Below, piece by piece: positions 57,511-64,000 of a stretch of DNA of 64,000 bases. Below the pieces are notes generated by a model. That model searched no databases and had not been told where the DNA came from. It was given only the letters and a program-made list of their open reading frames with translations. The stretch comes from Longimicrobiales bacterium (lineage in GTDB: Bacteria; Gemmatimonadota; Gemmatimonadetes; Longimicrobiales; Gaopeijiaceae), in the NCBI GenBank assembly GCA_965203485.1, contig OZ241892.1, positions 2,208,001 to 2,272,000 on the forward strand. The letters are read 5' to 3'. Position 1 is the stretch's first letter; every line of letters begins with the position of its first letter. A program made the position numbers and the translations under genes.

Positions 57511-60269
57511 CGGTATCCCAGCCGCGCGTAGTAGAAGCCGCCGTTGGTGCCGAACGGCGAATTCGGGCCGTACAAGTTGCCGTTGCGGCCGGCCTGCGGA
57601 TTGCGCTCGGGGTGCCGGTTGAGCGCGTTCTGCGCCCCCGCGGTGAGCGTGAGCCCGTCGACGAAGGAGTACGCCGCCTCCACGTCCAGCAGGGCGGCGC
57701 CGGGGTAGTTGCGGTCGTCGCGGGCGTCGAACCAGCCGCCGAACCAGCTGACGCGTCCGAGCAGGCGCACCGACCCCAGAGCGTGCTTGGCCGCGTAGAG
57801 CCAGCGCGTGCGGGGAAGCCCTTCCTCGAGCTGGCGAATGCGCTCGTCGTCGAGCACCGAGGGATCGTAGGAGACGACGCTCGTCCGCGTGTGGTTGAAG
57901 GCCAGGCTGAGCTCGATGCCGTCCATGATCGGCAAGGCGAACGCGGCCACCACGTCCACCCCTTGGGTCCTCGTCTTGAAGTTGTTGGTGAAGAAGCGGA
58001 AGTTCTGCAGGTTGGCGGCGCTCGTGATGCCCTCGTTCTCCAGCGTCTCGCGTTCCTCGGCGGTCAGGACGAACGGTTGGGTAATGGCGAGCCGATCGGA
58101 CACCACCACCCGAAAATAGTCGGCCGTCACCCGCAGCGACCCGGACTCCATGGCGGCGCCGAGTCCTAGGCTGAACGAGCGTTCGGGCTCCAGCGGGCGG
58201 CCGCCCCGAAGCGCCGCAACCCGAGAAGTGGACGGAATCGTGCCGTTGTTGACCAGATCGTTGAGTTCGCGGTCGAACTCGGTGGAGACGTTGAAGGCGT
58301 TCTGCTGGCCAGGCGTGGGCGCCCGGAACCCGGTGCTGGCGCTGGCGCGCAAGGCCAGAGCGCGGGCGATCTGGTAGCGGGCGGCGAACTTGCCGTTGAG
58401 CGTTCGGCCGAAGCCCTGGAAGTCCTCGAGGCGCACGGCCGCCCCGCCCTCCCATGGACGGTCGTCCCCGCCCAGCTCCGCATCGGCGTAGATGGCGTAG
58501 TTCGCCCGGCTCCATTCGCCCGCCGCAATGGGGCTGAAACCCGGAAAGCCGTTCGAGCCCGAGCTGAAGCCCTGCGGCGCCAGCGGCCCCTGGCGCCAGG
58601 AATCGTCCTCTCCGAGTCCGATCCGAAACGTCTCCCGCCGCCACTCCGCGCCGCCGGCCAAGCTGAGCAGATCGCCGGTCGCGTAGGCGGCGTCCATGTT
58701 GACGTTGACCTCGCGCTGCCGGTAGAGGCCGGGGTCGAACTCGGTGGGCGTGTCTTGCCCAAGCGACGCGTTGACCGTGTTGTAGATGAAAAAGTCGACC
58801 TCGTTGGAGCCCCAGCCGACGCTCGCGTCCCACTGCAGTCCGCTGGCCGTCTCGCCCTTGGCGCCGGCGACCACCGACGCGTCCACGGCGTCCCCGCCGA
58901 ACTGGGGAGTGAAGCCGCCCGGAAAGCGCTCCTGGAACGAAAAGCAGTTCGGGTCCGCGAAGACGCGGGCAATGGCCGCGGGATCGGGCACGCCGTTCGC
59001 GACCCGCACGACCGGGCATCCTGCCGAGCCGTCCAGCACGCCGTCCTGGGCGTCCAGCATGTCGCCGATCAGCAACGTCTTGCCGCCGTCCAGGCTGAAG
59101 ACGCCCGCGCGCGTGTTCGGATTGCGGTAGAAGAAGCCGCCGGTCACGGTCTCGCTGGCGTATCCGGCGTGGCCGTAGAGCCGCGTCCTGTCGCCCAGGC
59201 CGCCGCCGAAGTGTCCCCACAGCTTGAAGTCGTCCTCGATCCTGGGGGCTCCCCAGATCTGCGCGGGGTCGCGGACGTGCTCGTTGCCCGTGGCGACGAG
59301 AAGGGCGGCGTCGGCCCGCTGCACGCTGCGGCTGGTCGGAGCGCTGGCGCCGTATTCGGCGCTGAGGTTCGCGAATCCGGTGCGGCCGATCGGCAGGCCC
59401 ACGTTGCCCGCGACCGTCCAGGTCTCGCCGTCGCCGTCGCCGAATCCGCCGCCGCGCACCTCCATGCGGCCTCCTTCGCGGTCGTCGCGAAGCTGCAGGT
59501 TCACGACGCCGGCGATGGCGTCCGACCCGTACTGCGCGGAGGCCCCGTCGCGCAACACCTCCACTTGGCGGAGCGCGATCGCCGGAACCGCCGACACGTC
59601 CGCTCCCTGCGCCCCGTCCGACACGCCGTTGCCGATCCAGGTGATCACGGCGGCCCGGTGCCTGCGCTTGCCGTTGACGAGCAGCAGAGTGTGGTCGGGC
59701 GCCAAGCCCCGCAGGTTGGCCGGGCGCACGATCGTGGCTGCGTCGCCACGGGCCTCCGGGTTCACGTTGAACGACGGAACGACCGTCCGCAGCAGGTCGC
59801 CCAGGTCGGTCTCGCCCTGCTCCTGAAAGTCGGCGGGCGGAATCGCGTCGATCGGCACCATCGACTGCGTGGCGGTCCTGGGCCGGGCGCGGCTCCCCAC
59901 GGCGACGATGCCCTCCAGCGCCAACGCGGTCTCGTCCAGCGCCAAGTCCAGGCGGGCCGTGGCGCCGTCCGCGATCCGCACGGTGCGCAGCACGGACCGG
60001 TAGCCGATGAGCCGGACTTCGACGAAGTGGCTGCCCGCGGGAACTCCGCTGATCCTGAACGCGCCGCCGGGGCCCGTCGTGCCCGCCAGCCGAACCTCGT
60101 CGAGGGCGACGTGCGCGCCAGCGAGCGGTTCGTTCGTCGCGGAGTTGCGGACCGTGCCCGCAAGCACGCCCTGTGCCGCGAGGGCATCGGCGTGCAAGGC
60201 TGCGGCCGCCACGCCGAAGCACAGCGTGGCGGCCCGCATTGCCCTGTTCGCTCGGGGCCTTAGCCGCAC
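57501..60269 (-). CDS. TonB-dependent receptor
   Basis: LRGLAPDHTLLLVNGKRRH, VEVLRDGASAQYGSDAIAGVVN; start 60269 or 60239. Confidence 0.92.
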   Translation of the reverse strand: MRLRPRANRAMRAATLCFGVAAAALHADALAAQGVLAGTVRNSATNEPLAGAHVALDEVRLAGTTGPGGAFRISGVPAGSHFVEVRLIGYRSVLRTVRIADGATARLDLALDETALALEGIVAVGSRARPRTATQSMVPIDAIPPADFQEQGETDLGDLLRTVVPSFNVNPEARGDAATIVRPANLRGLAPDHTLLLVNGKRRHRAAVITWIGNGVSDGAQGADVSAVPAIALRQVEVLRDGASAQYGSDAIAGVVNLQLRDDREGGRMEVRGGGFGDGDGETWTVAGNVGLPIGRTGFANLSAEYGASAPTSRSVQRADAALLVATGNEHVRDPAQIWGAPRIEDDFKLWGHFGGGLGDRTRLYGHAGYASETVTGGFFYRNPNTRAGVFSLDGGKTLLIGDMLDAQDGVLDGSAGCPVVRVANGVPDPAAIARVFADPNCFSFQERFPGGFTPQFGGDAVDASVVAGAKGETASGLQWDASVGWGSNEVDFFIYNTVNASLGQDTPTEFDPGLYRQREVNVNMDAAYATGDLLSLAGGAEWRRETFRIGLGEDDSWRQGPLAPQGFSSGSNGFPGFSPIAAGEWSRANYAIYADAELGGDDRPWEGGAAVRLEDFQGFGRTLNGKFAARYQIARALALRASASTGFRAPTPGQQNAFNVSTEFDRELNDLVNNGTIPSTSRVAALRGGRPLEPERSFSLGLGAAMESGSLRVTADYFRVVVSDRLAITQPFVLTAEERETLENEGITSAANLQNFRFFTNNFKTRTQGVDVVAAFALPIMDGIELSLAFNHTRTSVVSYDPSVLDDERIRQLEEGLPRTRWLYAAKHALGSVRLLGRVSWFGGWFDARDDRNYPGAALLDVEAAYSFVDGLTLTAGAQNALNRHPERNPQAGRNGNLYGPNSPFGTNGGFYYARLGYRWD

Positions 60270-60288
60270 GGCCCCGCTCGCTCCTCCG

Positions 60289-63060
60289 CTACCAAGCGAA
60301 CTCGTGCTTCACTCGCGCGTAGAAGTAGGCGCCGTTGAAGCCCCACGGCGTGTACTCGCTGTACCGATTTCCGACGCTCGCCGGGTTCGGGGCCCTGGCC
60401 GGGTACCTGTTGAGGACGTTCTGGCCGCCCAGGGTGAAGCTTGTGCTCTCGTTCAAAGAATACTCGGCCTCCAGGTCCATGGTGGCCGCGCCGTCGTACG
60501 CCTGGCTGGCGATCTCGCCGTCGAACCAACCGCCGTACCAGTTGATGCGGCCGAGAAGACGCCAGTCGCCCGCGAACTGGCTCAGCGAGACGTTCCAACG
60601 GTCCCGCGGGAGCGCCTCTTCCAGTTGCCGGATTCGAGTCTCGCCCAGGGTTTCCGAACTGGGGGTGGTGACGTTGGTGTGGGTGAAGTTGTACAAGAAC
60701 GTCAGGCTCGTGTTGCCTTCCAGCGCCTCCGGCGTGTACGTCGCCACGACGTCCACGCCCTGGGTCCTGGTGTCGAAGTCGTTGGTGAAGAACCGGAATT
60801 CGCGCAAGTTGCGGGCGCTCGTGATGCCTTCGGAGATCAGCTGGTCGACCTCGGAGTCCGAGAGCTTGAACGTCTGGGTCTGCGACAGACGGTCGGTGAG
60901 GTTGATGTTGAAGTAGTCGATCGTGAAGGCCAAGTCGCCGGCCTCCGCGACGGCGCCCACGGCGATGTTGACGGACTGCTCGGGCTGCAGCTGCTTTCCG
61001 CCCCGCGTCGCGGCGACCGCGGAAGTCGCAGGGATCGTGCCCCGGTTGGCCAAGTCGCCCAATTCGGCGTCGAACACGGTGGACACGTTGAACGCGTTCT
61101 GCTGGCCGGTCGTAGGCGCCCGGAAGCCGGTGCTGGCGCTGCCTCTCAGCGCGAAGTTCTCGGTGAAGCCGTACCGGGCCGCGAACTTGAAGTTCGTCGT
61201 GGATCCGAAGTCGGAGAAGTCCTCGAAGCGCACGGCCGCACCAACCGTCCACAGGTCGGCGTCGGGGTCGCGAAGTTCGACGTCGGCGTACACCGCAATG
61301 TTCGACCGCGTCCAACTGCCGGCCGCAATGGGACTGAATCCGGGGAATCCGTTGGACGCCGCGCTGAAGCCCTGGTCCGCCAACGGTCCGAAAGTCCACG
61401 AATCCGTCTCGCCCTGGACGATCTCGAAGCCTTCCCGCCTCCGCTCCGCCCCTCCGGCGATGTTCACCATGTCGCTGGCGGAGTACGTCAGATCGAGGTT
61501 GAGGTTGAGATCTTCCTGGATGTAGTCGCCGGGGTCGAAGCTGGTCGGAGTCTGCGGACCCAGGGAAGCGTTGACGGTGTTGTAGATGAAGAAGTCGGCG
61601 TGGTTCCTGCCCCAGCCGACGCTCGCGTCCCACTCCAAGTCGCCGAAGGCGCCCTTGACGCCCCCAACGACCGACGCGTCGGTGGCGTCGCCGCCGAAGT
61701 TGGGCGTAAAGCCCCCGGGAAAGCGTTCCTGGAAGGAGAAGCAGTTCGGATCGTCGAAGACCCTCTTGAGCGCCTCCGGGTCGGGCACGCCGCGGGTGAT
61801 CTTCACCACGGGGCAGTTGGCCGATCCGTCCAACACCCCGTCCTGCGCGTCCAGCATGTCGCCGATGAGCAGAGTCTCGCCTCCGTCGCCGCTGAAAACG
61901 GCGGCGCGCGTGTTGGGATTGCGGAAGAAGAACCCGCCGGTCACCTTCCGGCTGGCGTAGTTGCCGTGGCCGTAGAGCTGCACGTTGTCGCCCAGGAAGA
62001 GGCCGTAGTTGGCCCACAGCTTCAGGTCGTCCTCGACGTGGGGCGAGCCCCAGATCTGGGCCGGGTTGCGGACGGAGCTGTTGCCCGCGCCGATGAGGAG
62101 CAGCGCGTCGTTGCGCTGGACGCTGCGGTCCGTCGGGTTCACGTTGCCGTATTCGGCGCTCAGGTTGAGAAACCCGGTTTCGCCGATCGGAAGCCCGACG
62201 TTGCCCGCGAAGGAATGGGACTCGCCGTCGCCGTGGAAGGGATACGCGCCGGTCTTGGCCTCGAAGCGGAGCTTGCCGTCCCGGTCGTCCCGGAGCAGAA
62301 AGTTCATCACGCCCGCGATGGCGTCGGAGCCGTACTGGGCCGACGCGCCGTCGCGCAGAATCTCGACTTGGCGCAACGCGATGGCCGGGATGACCGCGAT
62401 GTCGGCGCCTTGCGCGCCGTCGGCCACGCCGTTGCCCAGCCACGTGATGATGGCGCCCCTGTGGCGCCGCTTGCCGTTGACGAGCACCAGCGTGTGGTCC
62501 GGAGCCAGGTTGCGCAGGCTGGCCGGGCGCGAAATCGTCGCCGCGTCGCTGATCGGCTGCATGTTGACGTTGTACGACGGGGCGATGTTGCGCAACAGGT
62601 TGCTGAGGTCGGTCTCGCCCTGGTTCACGAAGTCGGCGGAGGCGATCGCGTCCACGGGCACCGCAGACTCCGTGACGGCCCGGGGCCGAGCTCGCGTTCC
62701 CACCGCCACGATGCCCTCCAGCGCGATGGCCGCGACCTCGAGGCTGAAGTCCAGGGTGAGCGTCTGGCCGGCGGCGATCGTGACCTGCGCGGTTGCCGTG
62801 CGGTAGCCGAGCGAGCTCGCTTCGACTTGGTGGGTGCCTGCCGGGATGCCGGTGATCTGGTAGCCGCCGCTGGGGCCCACCGTGCCGGCGAGGCCAAGGT
62901 CCGGGAACACGACCTGCGCACCGGGCACCGGGGAGCCGGTCTCTGCTTGGACGGAGCCTCGCAGGGTCCCTTGTGCGGCCGCGGCCGCCGGAGCGGCAAG
63001 GACGGCCAAGACCGCCAACCACGGAAGCGTTGCCTTGCGGGAGTTCTTTCTTGCGTGCAT
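60289..63060 (-). CDS. TonB-dependent receptor, paralog of the adjacent gene
   Basis: Same plug motifs; terminal aromatic residue W. Confidence 0.92.
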   Translation of the reverse strand: MHARKNSRKATLPWLAVLAVLAAPAAAAAQGTLRGSVQAETGSPVPGAQVVFPDLGLAGTVGPSGGYQITGIPAGTHQVEASSLGYRTATAQVTIAAGQTLTLDFSLEVAAIALEGIVAVGTRARPRAVTESAVPVDAIASADFVNQGETDLSNLLRNIAPSYNVNMQPISDAATISRPASLRNLAPDHTLVLVNGKRRHRGAIITWLGNGVADGAQGADIAVIPAIALRQVEILRDGASAQYGSDAIAGVMNFLLRDDRDGKLRFEAKTGAYPFHGDGESHSFAGNVGLPIGETGFLNLSAEYGNVNPTDRSVQRNDALLLIGAGNSSVRNPAQIWGSPHVEDDLKLWANYGLFLGDNVQLYGHGNYASRKVTGGFFFRNPNTRAAVFSGDGGETLLIGDMLDAQDGVLDGSANCPVVKITRGVPDPEALKRVFDDPNCFSFQERFPGGFTPNFGGDATDASVVGGVKGAFGDLEWDASVGWGRNHADFFIYNTVNASLGPQTPTSFDPGDYIQEDLNLNLDLTYSASDMVNIAGGAERRREGFEIVQGETDSWTFGPLADQGFSAASNGFPGFSPIAAGSWTRSNIAVYADVELRDPDADLWTVGAAVRFEDFSDFGSTTNFKFAARYGFTENFALRGSASTGFRAPTTGQQNAFNVSTVFDAELGDLANRGTIPATSAVAATRGGKQLQPEQSVNIAVGAVAEAGDLAFTIDYFNINLTDRLSQTQTFKLSDSEVDQLISEGITSARNLREFRFFTNDFDTRTQGVDVVATYTPEALEGNTSLTFLYNFTHTNVTTPSSETLGETRIRQLEEALPRDRWNVSLSQFAGDWRLLGRINWYGGWFDGEIASQAYDGAATMDLEAEYSLNESTSFTLGGQNVLNRYPARAPNPASVGNRYSEYTPWGFNGAYFYARVKHEFAW

Positions 63061-63265
63061 TCTCTTCTCGTCGGGGTGTTGAGTGTGTTGCCGCGCGATG
63101 GCCGCCAACCGGCACGCAGGCTGGTCCCGGCCTGCTCCAAGTCGGCGTCTCGACCAAAAAGCTAGCTAGCTAGCCTCCAAACATAGCTACCGAGAGCCCG
63201 TGCTCCAAATGCGGCTTGCGAGCAGACGACCGGCCAGCGTGGAGACGCTCGCGGGGCCGGGCCAA

Positions 63266-63340
63266 TGGGCGCTGCTGGATTCGAACCAGCGGCCTCCTGC
63301 TTGTAAGGCAGGCGCTCTCGACCGGCTGAGCTAAGCGCCC
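63266..63340 (-). tRNA. tRNA-Val(TAC)
   Basis: GGGCGCT acceptor stem, anticodon arm CCTGC-CTTACAA-GCAGG, GGTTCGAATCC T-arm; CCA not encoded. Confidence 0.96.
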
Positions 63341-63402
63341 ATGAGCGGAATGATAAGCGACGCCGGACAGGCCATCAAACGGCTGTCCCAGCCGATGCGA
63401 CG

Positions 63403-63882
63403 GTGGCGTCGCTGACCGGGCGGCGCGGGGCCGGGATCGGTCTGCTCGCAACTGCGACGGCGCTGCTCGCGTGCGGGGCGCCGGCGGGAATTGGGCGCGG
63501 GGGGCCCTCCGCCCCCGCCCCGGTCGCAACCGGCAAGGCCGCCGAACCCAACACGCTCCACGGCGTCTACTCGCAGGCCGAAGCCGACAGCGGGCTCCGC
63601 CTTTTTCGAGAGACGTGCTCGGAGTGCCACGAGACGCGGGACTGGACGACCACCGCCTTTCGCGATCGCTGGGAGGGCGCGTCGGTCTACCGGCTCTGGC
63701 ACTGGATCTACGGCCGGATGCCGCACGGGCGTCCGGGAACCCTGGAACGGGAGCAGGTAACGGCCGCGGTGGCGTACATCCTTCGGCTCAACGGCCTTCC
63801 GCCCGGCTCCCGCCCCCTTGGCGAGGAAGACGACGACCTGGACGACTACTGGATACTCTGGCCGCCGACGCAGCCCCCCTAG
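63403..63882 (+). CDS. Monoheme cytochrome c lipoprotein
   Basis: CSECH heme motif, RMP axial Met, lipobox LLAC. Confidence 0.85.
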   Translation: MASLTGRRGAGIGLLATATALLACGAPAGIGRGGPSAPAPVATGKAAEPNTLHGVYSQAEADSGLRLFRETCSECHETRDWTTTAFRDRWEGASVYRLWHWIYGRMPHGRPGTLEREQVTAAVAYILRLNGLPPGSRPLGEEDDDLDDYWILWPPTQPP

Positions 63883-64000
63883 GCTCCCCGAGCCGGCCGC
63901 TGGACCTGCGGGCGCGTCCGCGCATCCACCGCCGACCGCGCGGCTCGTGGGTCTGGCAGGCAAGGCGTCTCCGCGCGTATTCTTCCCGTCCGTCCAACGC

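Noticed and set aside
57501..63060. Diversity-generating retroelement template/variable repeat pair (also considered for 32046-33245)
   Set aside because: Differences are not adenine-specific and there is no reverse transcriptase in the window.
63161..63174. GCTAGCTAGCTAGC microsatellite
   Set aside because: Too short and non-coding; no evidence of function.
63266..63340. tRNA-Val as integration site of an island
   Set aside because: No duplicate of the tRNA 3' end and no integrase seen in the window.

Overview
High-GC bacterial chromosomal window. The gene content (SusC/SusD, a GWxTD protein, VPS10/BNR and six-bladed propeller lipoproteins, many secreted peptidases and amidohydrolases, tandem TonB receptors) suggests a Gemmatimonadota-like, possibly host-associated organism; this is inference only. 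Most of the window is envelope, peptide-scavenging or housekeeping genes (greA, thiI, threonine dehydratase, tRNA-Val). The main oddities are: (1) a two-gene candidate defence unit at 4.8-9.6 kb, an AAA_14/DUF4143 ATPase-nuclease coupled to a 1146-aa Mrr-like/STAND-like protein with atypical catalytic motifs, behind an AT-rich direct-repeat leader; (2) an orphan ~22-bp-period repeat array at 15.84-16.0 kb; (3) an apparently self-contained ~250-nt structured RNA/sORF unit at 22.2-22.5 kb and a structured greA leader with an ECF-type promoter; (4) a decayed zone at 26.4-31.7 kb with IS1634 and IS1182 remnants, a chimeric ORF, and a degraded duplicate of the CoA-transferase/promoter/susC junction carrying a CRISPR-mimicking 36+38-bp repeat; (5) tandem secreted helical paralogs, each with its own ECF-type promoter. 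All calls come from reading motifs by eye; no database searches were run.
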